64,000 nt of DNA. Source: Takakia lepidozioides (taxonomy: Eukaryota; Plantae; Bryophyta). Every line of letters begins with the position of its first letter. The first letter of the stretch is position 1. The notes under the pieces are model-generated. The model was not told where the DNA came from, searched no databases, and worked only from the letters and a program-made list of their open reading frames with translations. Location: the NCBI GenBank assembly GCA_030704615.1, contig CM060731.1, positions 22,196,001 to 22,260,000 on the forward strand, written 5' to 3'. A program made the position numbers and the translations under genes. Positions 25,801 through 37,720 of the stretch are shown here, one piece after another.

Positions 25801-27395
25801 GCCTGGTGGTAGAAAGGCGGTAGATTGCAAGTGGGTTTTCAAAGTGAAAAGAGGACCCAACAATGAGATAGTGAAGTACAAGGCCAGACTTGTGGCCAGA
25901 GGCTTCACACAGACTGCAGGGCTTGACTACAATGAAACTTTTGCCCCAGTGGCAAAGTTCACCTCCATCCGATGTTTACTGGCATTGGCAGCGAAGCATG
26001 ACTGGGAGATAGAACACATGGACGTGAAGACTGCATTCTTGAATGGGGATCTCCAGGAGGAGATCTACATGAAACAACCAGAAGGCTTCCAAGAAGGTGA
26101 TAAGGTGTGTCGGCTCAAGAAATCGTTATATGGACTCAAACAGGCATCGAGGACATGGTATGAGAAGATCAATAGCTACTTGACAGGCCAAGGTTTTGTA
26201 AGGAGTACAGCTGATCAGAGCATTTACTACATGACATCAGGTGTCATGATAATAGCACTCTATGTGGATGACCTGCTACTGATCAGCGACAACAAGGATA
26301 CCATGCGCAGGCAGAAGCATGATTTGAGTGAAACCTTTGAGATGGTTGATCTTGGAGCCGTTAACTACCTACTTGGAATTCAGATTCTGAGGGACAGGAA
26401 GGCGAGAACTATAAAGTTGAGCCAAGAGAGGTATGTCAGGAATGTTGTTGCGAAGTTTGGTATGCAGGACTGCAAACCAGCACCAACACCATTGGAAACC
26501 GGCTGCAAGCTGAGTAAGGAAATGGAGCCAAAATCTCCAAGTGAGATTGAGGAAATGGCTAAGGTTCCATATCAGCAAGCCATATCTGCCTACTGCTTGG
26601 TAATGAGTGGAGGTGCTGTGAGCTGGAGCAGCAAAAGACAGCAGACCACTGCTCTATCCTCGACTGAGTCAGAGTATATGGCTCTGACTCATGCAGCTAA
26701 AGAAGCCATTTGGATTCGAAGGCTTCTTGGTGAACTTGGCTTCAGTCAAGAACAGCCAACGAAAGTGCATGCTGATAACAGGAGCAGCATTGAGCTGAGC
26801 AAGAATCCTGTTCATCACGCCCGGACCAAGCACATAGATATCAAACATCATTTCATTAGAGAAATGATTGGTTTGGAGATTGAGTTGGTTTACTGTAGGA
26901 CTGAGGACATGGCAGCTGATGCACTCACAAAGGCTCTATCCAAAGAAAAGCATTCTAGATGCATGGAACTGATTGGGTTAAGCCTCAATCCTCGCTGAGT
27001 GGGAGTGTTAGAAGTCAGCTCAGATTTAGTTAGCTAGGGTTCTGTTAGGGTTTTTTGACGGCTAGGGATAGTTCTACCAGAAGGTTCCAGCCACCAGAAG
27101 TTTCTAGAGAACTCATGTAGGATTTAAGAGAAAGGCTGAGGCAATGCCCAGCACTTCTTCTAGCATTTTGGATGTGCTATCCTAGTAGATTGCAGAGAGA
27201 GGAGGAGGAGAAGTCCAGCATCTACTTTTGTAAGTTCTTTTCTTTTGCAGTAAGGAGCATTCTTGTTAGGACTGACACTTCTTGTTAGTACTAACTCTTT
27301 GGTTGGTTTAGGCTGTCAGTTTTTGTACTGCTGCTTGTGCTAGAAGCTATCTGTCAATATCACTAGGAGGTAGAGGACAGGTCTAGTTTCCAACA
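22865..27395 (+). mobile_element. Ty1/copia LTR retrotransposon (half-tRNA-Met-primed type), very recent but defective
   Basis: 390-bp LTRs at 22865-23254 and 27006-27395 (TG...CA, one mismatch seen), TSD GACAT, PBS GGTTATGGGCCCA at 23255, PPT GAGTGGGAG. Inserted into the PHD finger of copy 2. Confidence 0.97.
23259..26998 (+). pseudogene. Copia Gag-PR-IN-RT-RH polyprotein with a frameshift and an internal deletion
   Basis: CFRCGKFGHFQKDC knuckle, WYLDSGATNH, WHRRLGH, HTDVCGP (frameshift at ~24725), RSDGGGEF, YKARLVARGF, LYVDD. PYQQAI is joined directly to SAYCLVMSGGAVSW, removing the RT end and the DADWA RNase H start. Confidence 0.93.
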
Positions 27396-27400
27396 GACAT

Positions 27401-30400
27401 AACCAATCATCCGGAACCATCTCAAGAAGTGGAGTCAAGCATCCCATATGCCAACCTCTAGAGCATCGATCACACACCAGCATGGTGGCTGCCCCTCTAG
27501 CAGACCCACACAACATGCACCTCAAACTTGCAGATACCACTGCCAGGTTTGGGTCAATCGTGCCATCGACATTCGGAAGGTGACATGGCGCACAATTACG
27601 CACATGGTCCTTCCAAGTTATGCCATCCCGACCCTCCAAGACCAAGACGCCTGAGGGTAAGACCTCTCGAACCCTCAAAATAACACGTCCTGCAGTCACA
27701 TCCAAGGTCGTAGGAGCAGTTTGCTGCAGATAGACGTAGTCACTAGGGTTGAATCTCCGAGCCCCAGGACGATAGCCCCCACCACGTATGGTAGCATACC
27801 TCAACGTATCACGGTGTTGTGCAATGGCAAGGTTCTTGAAAGCCATGGGCATGACTTTCTTGAACAACTCTGCACGCTGCTCACATGCACGTCCCCACAC
27901 GTCCGGATCGTCAAGATTAAGAACTGTAGCAGCTTCTCTGCGAATGGATGTAGGCAAATCCGGCTCTCGGCCAAAGAGAAGAAAGTATGGTGAGAAGGAG
28001 GCAAGTGATGCTTGCTTGCTGAACCTGTAGCCCATGGCTAACCAGGGTAACTGAAGGTCCCAATCTCCTAGGTGTCCATTCTGCAAGCCATACTTGCGCA
28101 AACCCCTCTTTACTGTCTGAACCACTCTCTCTGCGGAGCCATCGGCCTCAGGATGATCCCGAGAAGTGGTGCGGTGGTCTATCAAGGCCTTATCACACAA
28201 AGCCTGAAACTCCCCCAAGAACTCTCTCCCTTGGTCCGTGAGTACCTCAGCTGGAGCACCGAATTGGCTAAGCACACAATCCAAGAATGCATACGCAACT
28301 CCCTCACTAGCCTTATCAGGCAATGGAACCAACTCAATCCACTTGGAGAAGTGCTCGACCATCACCAACACGTACTTGTTGTGGCGCATGGTCAGTGGCA
28401 ACGGCCCTGCGAAGTCAAGACTCCACCTGTAGCCCAATCCCATGATCGGAAGAGGGTGCAATTGTGGAGTAGGGGCATTGAATGAAGCACGCACCCTGTC
28501 ACACACCATGCACCTAGCTACAAATTGTTGCACCTCTGTGTGCATACCACGCCACCAATACTGCCCCTGCAGTAGGCTATGAGTGCGTCGCACTCCAAAA
28601 TGCCCCAACTCCTCGTGGGCATGCCGCACTAACCGTGCCCGCTGTGTTGGGTGAGGCACAATCCTCACTCGACCATCCTCCCACACTCGGAGTAGGTGTG
28701 TCCCCTCCCACTTGAACCTCTTGGCTCGTTGTAGGATCCGATCCCTCTCCTTGGCAGTCACAGTGGCTGCAGTGTCTCCAGTGCGGAGGTAGTCCAACAC
28801 AACTGAATCCTCATGTATATCTTTGGCGCCACCTTGCTCATTGCTGGCCTCAGGGTCCTCAGACACTTGACCTACAGTCATCCCTGTTGCAGGTCCAACT
28901 TGGCCTTCCGCTGCCAAGATACACAGAAATGCAGATGCATGCCATCCGGGCACCATCTCCTCGTCCGTCTCACCATGCCACCGAGCTCCAGTGTCATCCT
29001 GTTGGCTCGTGCATGGATTGCGACTCAACCCATCTGCATTGCGATTGACCACACTCGGTCGATGCACAACATGAAAGTCATATTCTTGAAGGATGAGTGC
29101 CCACCGTGCAAGCTTCCCCGTAAGCTTGTCTGACTCCATCAACCACTTGAGTGGTTCGTGATCCGTGACAAGGGTGAAGAGATTGCCGTATAGATAGCAC
29201 CTGAAGTGTGCCACGGCCCACACTGCAGCTAAGCATTCTCCCTCATATGAGCTATACTTAGACTCTGCAACGTTGTTTGAACGGCTAGCATAAGCCACTA
29301 CAAACTCTCTTCCCTCATCATCCACCTGTGTGAGCACCGCTCCAAGCCCCAGCATGCTCCAATCTGTATGCAGCTGAAAAAGACGCCCCATAATAGGCCG
29401 TCTCAAGATGGGCGCCGAGGTCAACCTCGCCTTGAGCTCTTGAAAAGCTTGTTCTTGCTCATCTTCCCACTGCCACTCCTGGTCCACCTTGGTCAGCTTG
29501 GTTAGAGCCTTTGCAATGGCACTAAATCCCTTAACAAACCGTCTATAATAGTTTGCTAACCCCATGAAAGCTCGAACTCGGCTCACATCCGTGGGGCGTG
29601 GAACCTGTGCAATGGACTCTACCTTAGTCTGCTGTACCCCCAATCCTCCAGGATATATCATGTGACCCAGATACTCAATCTGGTTGTGGAAAAACTTGCA
29701 CTTTCCCGGATGTAACTTCAATCCGTGCGCCCTCAAGCGCTCAAATACCCCCTGAAGGTGTCTCTCATGCTCCTCCACCGTAGCACTAAAGATGATGATG
29801 TCATCTATGTAGCACCGAGCAAACTCCACCCCTGCTAGAATCATGTCCATGACTCTTTGAAACTCAGCAGGAGCGTTTTTAAGCCCAAATGGTAAGAACC
29901 GCCACTGGTATAGGAAATCCTTCCCGTGCTCATTGATCCCCACAATGCCGTCTTTTGCTTATCCGCCTCCTTGATCGGCAACTGGTGATATCCGGATCGT
30001 AAATCCAACGTGCTAAAGACCTTGGCATGCCCAATGGCATTAAAGATCTCCTCTGGTGTCGGCATAGCATACCTATCGGACTTGGTCTGACGATTTACAG
30101 GCCGGTAATCACCGCACATACGTCTCTCCGTCCAATTGGCAAAGACATCCTTCTTGGCTGGCATCAATGTGGCTGAAGCATACTCTCCCCCAGATAGCTC
30201 CACCAAACCAGCCTCCCAAAGGTCATGAGTTCTCATCTGAATCAAGGACCTCTCCATGTCACTGTATCTATAGGGTCTCCGAAAGATTGGCGTGTCAGTA
30301 GCCAATTCAATGCGAATCTCTTGACCCTTCAGTGCTCCTAAGTCCTTCAAACTGAAGGCAAAGCAGTTCCTGTAAGCCCTCAAGAACCGCCGTATACGTC

Positions 30401-30509
30401 GTCTCTCTCCTCCGGTGACTATAGGTCCAACATCAGGCTCCCAGTTGTCCTCCGTGACTGCAACCTTGAGTCCAGCAGGCTTAGAGGTAGAAGACGCGTC
30501 TCGTGGTTG
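27401..30509 (-). pseudogene. RT-RNaseH-integrase-PHD of copy 2 (PHD tail resumes at 22843-22864)
   Basis: ORFs 29841-30383 and 27340-29943 (one frameshift at ~29940): YIDD, TDWS, HAHEELGH/CMVC, SLDFAGP, TDQGREF, AERVVQ, and the PHD split by the copia insertion. Confidence 0.95.
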
Positions 30510-30842
30510 CTATGCTGCAACCTCTTGAGTAGTGACCACTGCCTCCTCTGTCTGTGACAATGTCTCACCCTGCCCCATCATCCCATCTTTGAGGACCTCC
30601 TCAACCCGAGAAAAATCCCCAACCTGATCCATCACCGCCGTCTTGGCTGCCAACTCCTTATGAACCTCGAGCACCTCCCACGTGTGCCATGGATGCGGCC
30701 TGCACCTCGTGGTCCCCACTTGCTCGCCCCCACTCGCTGCCTGTACCGTCTCGGTAGGCAGGGAGACCATGAAGGGAAGTGTACTTCGCACTCTGCGCTG
30801 CTCAGCCATAGCCAAGCTGATAATCCAGGTCAAGCAATTGAG

Positions 30843-31750
30843 ATCCATTGCTTGCCCCAACACCTGACGACGTGATGCCTCAGAAAGAGATGGCACCGCC
30901 GTGGTACCAGTGGTAAAACCCATTGCCCGCTCGCGCTCGTTAGCATTGGGCTCCACTAATTGTTGCAACTGGCTATCCCACAAGAGGCCAGGTCCACCAT
31001 CCCGAAAAGCATGGGATCCTGGGAAGCTGAGCAGTGTAGGTAATGTTGCTCGTGGTTGACCCACCCTGTTGACCACTGCCAAAGGCGAACGGTCATCGTG
31101 TCTCACACGTTGAGACTGCCTCCCTGTGTCCAAAATGCTATCCACTGTGAGGTGTGCTGGCCGCTGCACCCATCAAATGCACGCTTGAGCAGTGCGGGTG
31201 GCATCAAGTTAGTCCACCATAGCCGTGGACGATGAGCCCGTGACCCCACTGCAGCTGCATCCAGCAACACTGCTGACCCAAGCCACGACCGGACTTGATA
31301 CACACAGGCCATCACCCTGGCCCGAGAATCGCCCATCAGTGGCACATTCTCCAAGATGTATGCTGGAGATACAGCTTGATGAAGCTGCAAGTGGCGCAAA
31401 ACCCGCACCATCTCCCAAAACAGACCCGACCTTGAGTCTCGCAATCCATTGCCATGCCCGGCTGATGAATGCCCTTGGCAGGGCCAACCTGCCACTACCA
31501 GATCAATGGAGCCAACTTGCTCCAAATCCTGCGCCCCTAGCAACGAAATGTCTGCTGGCAAGGCTTGTTGGTATCCACAAACTGCAGACACTAGCAATAA
31601 ATCAGGGTATTGCTGTACCAACTGAGCAACATGGCGCAGTGAGACGCATCGTGCAGTCTCATCCCTCTCCACATACAGGTAACGTCGAACTCGTATACCT
31701 GCTTGCAGCACTGCAACCAATCCAGTGCTGACAAGTCCAGAAGGCATATG
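30843..31750 (-). pseudogene. DNMT3-type C5 cytosine methyltransferase domain within the polyprotein of copy 2
   Basis: Linear motif order: I ICLLDL[deletion]STGLVAV; II YLYVERD; III ADIS; IV IDLVVAGWPCQGHS (GWPC at 31478-31489); V GLRDSRSGLFWE; VI YILENV; VIII AHRPRLWWTNL; IX ERERAMGF; X RRQVLGQAMD. Frameshifts at ~31732 and ~31170. Confidence 0.93.
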
Positions 31751-31879
31751 CCTTCATCCGGGCACTGCCACACAAGAGGTGTAGTGTCCAATGGCGACAA
31801 CTGAGGTGGTCCTGGTGCAATCACTGCACTCTCCTCCTCTCTTGATGGTACGAAAGCGTCCACCCAGGCTTGTTGCACC

Positions 31880-34705
31880 CGTCCATCAGCAGCCTGCTAC
31901 AAATCTTTGCCCGTACCCCACAATGGAGTGTGAGCAACCATGGCAAGCAACTCCACCGTACCATGCATGTCATCCTGCTCTGCTGGAGGTGGCACATCCT
32001 TTGCATGGGCATTGCCTGCCAGCAACTCTCCAGGCCAACTAACTGCAGCCGTAAAGGCGGCTAGTGTTGGCATCTTGCCCCGCCGGGCAGCCGCAATACC
32101 CCCAATGAATGTCACAGGGAGCTGTGCACGACGACCATCCCTTGACTGCCAACCAGGCCTGTAGGATGCTGACTCCTCCCAAAAGTCCAGGGTGAAGCCC
32201 ATGGGGTATAACACTGCCCCACCAATGAGGACATCGTAAGAGACCGCGTCTGTCACAATGGCCTTGGCTCGCATCACTGAGCCATCTGTAGGGTGATTCG
32301 GCTGTAGTCCAATGGCCAACTCACGCCGTGTCATGCCCCAAGCCTGCTCTGATCCTCCCAGAGATGTCTGTATCTGGAAAGGACAAGGCTCCATATCCGC
32401 CTCCATGAGGCCCAAACCTGCAATAGCAGCTCTGCCCAACATCAGTGGCTAAGCTCCCGAGTCCAACAAGACCCGCAGTGGCCGGTACTTCTTGCCTGCC
32501 GGTCCACTCAAAGTGAAAATGTCATCCTGGTTGTCTAACAAGACAACTCCAGGTGTCACCATGGCGCGCTCAAAGGCTGGCCTAGCTGGCAGCTCCGTCA
32601 ACCTGGCAGCTGCAGCTTGCCATGGCGCAGCCGTGGCAGTCTTGACCCTCAAATCCGAGGATCCCCCTGACACTACACCTTCCACTAACTCTGCAGAAGA
32701 TGAAGTGACCTCCCCACTCTCACAGAGTGTTGCTGCTAGTCTGAACACTGCAACTGGTCTTACCCCCGGCGTCGCAATCATGGTTGCCGAGAACAGTGGG
32801 GCTTGACACACAGAGGTGGCTGCCCCCAATAACACACCGGCTGCACTAGCCTTGGTAGCAGGTGTCAGTGCTGCACGTGTAGCTCTCCCCAATGGCATAG
32901 TAACCTCCACCTCGGTAACAGTCGGCGCGAGAACTAGGTGCCATGGATGGCGTCGACTCAGTCTCCGCCAATGTGAATGACTGAGGAAGCCTCGCCTGAC
33001 GGCTTGCCTCCCCACGCTGTGGATCCAATTCCACCTCTGCACCTCGTGGCTCAGGAACTCGTGCTGCTCCTCGAGTCACGGCTGCATCAGACTCCACCTG
33101 CACTAGTGGTAGTGCTGCTCCGCACATGAATCCCATGCCTCCCATATCTCCTCCCTTAGGCGCAGGAGGTGGACCATCTCGTCTGGGAGCCGGTACCGCC
33201 TGAGCTGTAGCCATGGCAGCGAGCTTCTGCTCTAGCTGCTGAAGCCGGTTGGCCATGCCTTGGTCAACACCCTGACCTCCGCGTCCTTGGCCATGTTGCG
33301 CTTGCCCTTGGCCTGCGCCTCGTGCCCGGCCACCTCGTCCTCTTTGGGCTGGTCCACCTCGCCCCCGGCCACCATTGTTCCCTTGGAACTGGCCTGGGCG
33401 CAACTCAGGATGCAAGTCATAACACTGGGCATCTCCATGCCCATACTTGCCACAATGCCCACACTGCAACTGTGTAGGCTGTGCTTGTGCCAGCCTTTTG
33501 CCACTCTCTAGGCAATCTCTCTTGACATGGGGTCCTCCACATGTCCAACATATCACCCCTGGTTGCTGTTGGCCTGCAAAAGATGCCACGGGCCTCTGCA
33601 CCTGAGGTCCCCTGTAAGCTCCATGGAACTTGGGTTGGGAAACCTTGCCCCCCTGACCACGCTGTTGGGTAGTCCCTTGTGCCTGTGGGCTGGCAGCTGC
33701 GCCTCGTGCAGGCATGTCTTTGCCAAATCCAATGGTAACAACTCGCTCCTCCACCATGTTGAGCTCAATCCGCTCAGCCAACAGAAACACATCTGCTAAT
33801 GTGGGTTGGGCTACTTGTAACAGGGTTGCATCCCGCACCCTTCTCCTGAGCTCCTTGTACAAAATTCCATACCAGAACTGGATTGCCTGAGCTTCAGTAA
33901 CCCCTTGGGTCACACTTATCAAGCGCCTCATACGAGTGTAGGCCTCTCGCAAGCTCTCACTGGGTTTGCGCTGGAAGTCTTGCAAACTTCGCAGCTTCTC
34001 TGTCCGTACACCTTGGTAGTTCCTCCGCTACTCCTGAAAAAACTCCACCACCGGGTTGAATCTAGGCACATGTGTTGCAGTCGTGGAAGGAGGAGTAGTA
34101 GCAGCTTTTGAACTGGTACCACCTGCAGAAGTACCGGCACTACTTGTTCCACTACTAGTGCTGGCAGTGGGAGATATTGGTACTGATGCAGCTACTGGTC
34201 GCGTCGTGCCTCGAGTAATGGAGACGTAGTCAGGTGACCAATACATCCTCCACTCCTCAATCTCTGCTTCATGTCCTCGCCTGAACTCGTGGTAATCGTC
34301 CATAGGCGGGCCTTCCAAATGCTGGAACAGTCCCTTCTACGCCATGAATGGGGTGAATAGCTGTGGATTACGCATCTGCTGCAAATCACACCAGCTGTCA
34401 AACTCCTGGATAAAGTCATCCAACTCGATTGTGCCCACAGCTCCAGAGTACCTACGAGGCCCCTTGGTAGCTCCATACATCTCCTCCATGTCGTCCCACA
34501 ACAATGGCGAATGAAACTGCACACCTGTTGATGAAGCCTCCGAGTCTGTGTCTGACTCTGCACTAGTTGAGGGTGGAGGTGAAGGTGGTCTGAAACGAAC
34601 ACCTCGTCTGGTGAACCCACTCTCATTGCTACTGCCTGTAGTCATACTCCCCTCAGAACCCCTGGGTAACTCCGTGATGACACTCACAATGTGCACCTCC
34701 CCCAC
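31880..34705 (-). pseudogene. Gag (two CCHC knuckles) and aspartic protease of copy 2
   Basis: PRRYSGAVGTIELDDFI, FQRKPSESLREAYTR, CWTCGGPHVKRDC, CGHCGKYGHGDAQC, VLLDSGA, YDVLIG. Interrupted by single TAG stops and one frameshift at ~32925. Confidence 0.88.
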
Positions 34706-35225
34706 GTGACACTATAAGGCTCTAGTACTAATTCTAATAGTGACACGGGTGGGCACCTGTTGCAGTTTAAGAGTCATATCCCAATGACTCAGGGCACCTG
34801 CACCTGCATCCACCGCAAGAACTCCTATGGTTGGCTGGTCATCAACCCAGTCTCACCATAGAAGAAACACTGGTGGTCTTGCTAGTCATCACTCCAGCCT
34901 CACCACCGACAGCATACTCTAGGATTGACCGGTGATCAAATCCGGCCTAATCCCTATGAAAGCAAGCGCCCACACAAAACCAACATGGCGCACAGTCAAG
35001 CATGCAGGTGTTGGGGGGGATCCAAACACAAGAAATCAAAACATCAACACCCCCACACCAAAATCCATCTGCAATGCAGATCCTGTAGAATATCCCAGCC
35101 CAAAACCCCGGACTGACTGGCCTCCACCAAGAGAGGCTTTGGCAACTACAAGTACAAAGTAATGAAAATAGTAAAGAGATGGAGGGGAAGAATAGAAGCC
35201 CGACCAAGCAAGATCTAATCCTGAT

Positions 35226-36058
35226 CTATGCTATCAACTGCCAGACTTCTCTCAAAGTGCCTCGCTCTGCATGATGGTAAGGTGTAGGCGGTATATCTAT
35301 GTCCAGAAACCTGCCACTAACCTTGTCCCAAGCTACAGTAGCTCGCTCTAACCAACCCTCCTCCTCTTTCTGCCATGTAGAGACAAAGCAATACTCCCCT
35401 ATCTCCCGCTCACTGAACACTAAAGAAAATAAAGATAGGGTGTGACAGTCTCTCAACTCGAAAGCTTTGAGACGGTTGCGGGTGTCCTCATTGCGAATGA
35501 CTGCATCTCCTTCAAGCAAAACAAACTTGTCATTGCCAATGAACCCCCGCTCGTGGTTGCCTTGTGCAGAGCGTGTCCCGCTGCAACCATGTCTGATTGC
35601 ACAAACTTGTGTAGCTCCTGCTCCTCTGCTCCAGTACACCACGGCCTTGTGGCTGAACACCTTGGTCCCCGGGGCTGTCTTTGGCTGTGTTCCAAGCCTA
35701 GCTTTCACCCACTTTGGTATTTCACCTACAGCTGTAGAACTGTTGGATCCAGCAGAGTTCTGACTATCCAAAGCGATATTGAGGCCCTCAACGCCAACTA
35801 CAGCAGTTTGTTGTCTACTGCTAATGCCTGACTCCCAGTATGCAATCAACTCGTCCAACTGTTCTCCACTCAAATCAGTCTGAGTTCCTTGGGAAACATA
35901 AATCTTGTCCCCTTATGTGCACAGGCTAAGAGAAGAGACCTGCCCTTCAATGACGTCCTCATTTCCCCCAGCCATACAAGGAGTACATCCCCAGATTTAT
36001 CTCTCATGTAGACCAGAACAGGTTCTAAAAATAGAATTGTGGATCTTTCATCACTCAC
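35226..36058 (-). CDS. Extra ORF of unknown function upstream of gag in copy 2 (62 aa + 215 aa, probably one frameshifted ORF)
   Basis: Two abutting ORFs in element sense, preceded by a TTTTTAG acceptor-like site at ~36062. No recognisable motif. Confidence 0.45.
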
Positions 36059-36447
36059 ACTCTAAAAATTCCATAGATTTTTAGCAGAGTCCCAAAAACA
36101 AAAACCAGATAGGTAGATTTCCCCTTTCTGTAGGTCCTTGCGCAAGTTTTGGGTCAAACGGCCTTGGTAGGCCAAAGTTATGGCCAAACAGGCTCTATCT
36201 AATTTAAATTAGATCAAAGAACGAATTTCTTTTAATTTTTCACACCCAAAACGTTCTCTCCATTAAAAACTGTTCCCACGTTTTTTTTTTTTTTTCACTG
36301 CAAGTTCCCTAAGAATTCCTTGGACTCATAAACCGCAAGAACAATTGGTCCTGAAAGAAATGGCCTCACATTAATCACAAACTCAGTATGCTCAGGAGAG
36401 AGAGGAAGGAGGCCACAGAGCGCACAGACAGGAAGAAGAAGGGAGAG

Positions 36448-37051
36448 ATGGCGACCGTAGCTGCCAGGGCCTTGGTGACTCTCGCTGCAAGAGTGGATGT
36501 TGTGCGGCAGCAGAGGTTGCTGAGTGGTCGGGCCTTGCGAGTGTCGTCCGTGCCCTCCGTCTCTTACCGGGGTCCTTCTCTGGCAGTGCGAGCATCTTCT
36601 GACAAGGATGTGAAGAGCGAGCAGTCTGTAGCAGAAACAGCTGGAAAGATGGCAGCGGCTTTGGCCCTGGCCGCCATTGTTGGCACCGCCCTTTTTTGCT
36701 GATAACGCACCGACACTTGCTATCAATGCCACTATTGAGAAGACCAAGAGACGGTTTGCCTTCTACGGCAACGAGGGATTGTTGTGTGGAATTGACGGTC
36801 TTCCTCACTTGATTGTCGATGGCGACCAAAAGCATTTGGGAGAGTTTGTATACCCAGGAATCGTGTTCTTGTACATCGCAGGATGGATTGGATGGGTTGG
36901 CAGGAGCTACCTGATTGCAGTCAGGAGCGGCAAGAAGCCCACCGCGAAGGAGATCATCATCGATGTCCCCCTTGCTGTGAGTCTTCTGTGGACGGGATTC
37001 ACATGGCCCCTGGCTGCAGTGAGTTCCAAGGGCAATATAGAGAACAGATGA
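36448..37051 (+). pseudogene. psaF: Photosystem I subunit III (PsaF) copy, internally deleted and 3'-truncated, inside the retrotransposon leader
   Basis: Transit peptide MATVAARAL...[11 protein letters not shown], then [17 protein letters not shown]...[17 protein letters not shown]...[16 protein letters not shown]...EIIIDVPLA. The mature N-terminus (DxAGLTPCKES) is missing, with a frameshift at ~36691, and the native C-terminus is absent. Confidence 0.92.
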
Positions 37052-37209
37052 CGGAGGATGGCTGTTTAACCATTCTAAGCACCTTGCCAGCTACAAGGGA
37101 AAAAACCCCAAATTTCCTCCTTGCACAAGTGCCGCCTGACCAGATCAGCTGTCACGGCGGCGCTCCATCACCACCCCCAGCCTGTATTAAATCACTATAT
37201 GGCGTTCCC

Positions 37210-37720
37210 CTGCAATGGAGTCCCCCACAAAGGCCACAGTTTTTCCTCTCATTGACTCCAGGAAGGCTCTGCCATCAAGCCGAGGCAGTTCACAATCATT
37301 TGGCTTCCATTTCCAGTGCAAATACCCACTGTCAGGCCGTCCATTCTTCATGCAGTTTTGATCATCTCCAATTTACCGGCACGTTTCATTCGTGTACAGA
37401 GGGGGTTGGGGATCAGGCACCCAGGTCCCTATGGACAGGTCACATGCTCCTGTGCCAGCCAGAACAGTGATATTCGATCCCTTCATCTTCAGGGACAAGC
37501 TGGTGGCTTCCTTGATGTCGTCAGGTTCTGTGGTGCTTGGACCTTGAACTGCAACCGCCAAATCGGTGAGATTGGATACATTAGAATATGGACACAAGCT
37601 GCCAGCTTCCTTCGTGTCATGACGGACAAATGGCCTCGTATGGAACACGAACGCACGGATCACTGCAACCGGAAGTAGGGCAGCAAGCACACGCGCGTAA
37701 ACCAAGCTTTTAAATCGGAT
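37210..37720 (-). pseudogene. Trichome birefringence-like (TBL / PC-esterase) O-acetyltransferase N-terminal fragment
   Basis: CDLSIGTWVPDPQPPLYTNETCR*IGDDQNCMKNGRPDSGYLHWKWKPNDCELPRLDGRAFLESMRGKTVAFVGDSIA, i.e. the PMR5N domain plus GDS motif. Stop at 37373; truncated after GDS. Confidence 0.9.

Noticed and set aside
30843-31750. A host DNMT3 or DRM gene
   Set aside because: It is intronless, embedded in frame in the polyprotein, repeated at the same position in copy 1, and not permuted like DRM.
36388-37051. A functional psaF gene
   Set aside because: The mature N-terminus is deleted, there is a frameshift, the native C-terminus is missing, and it lies inside a retrotransposon.
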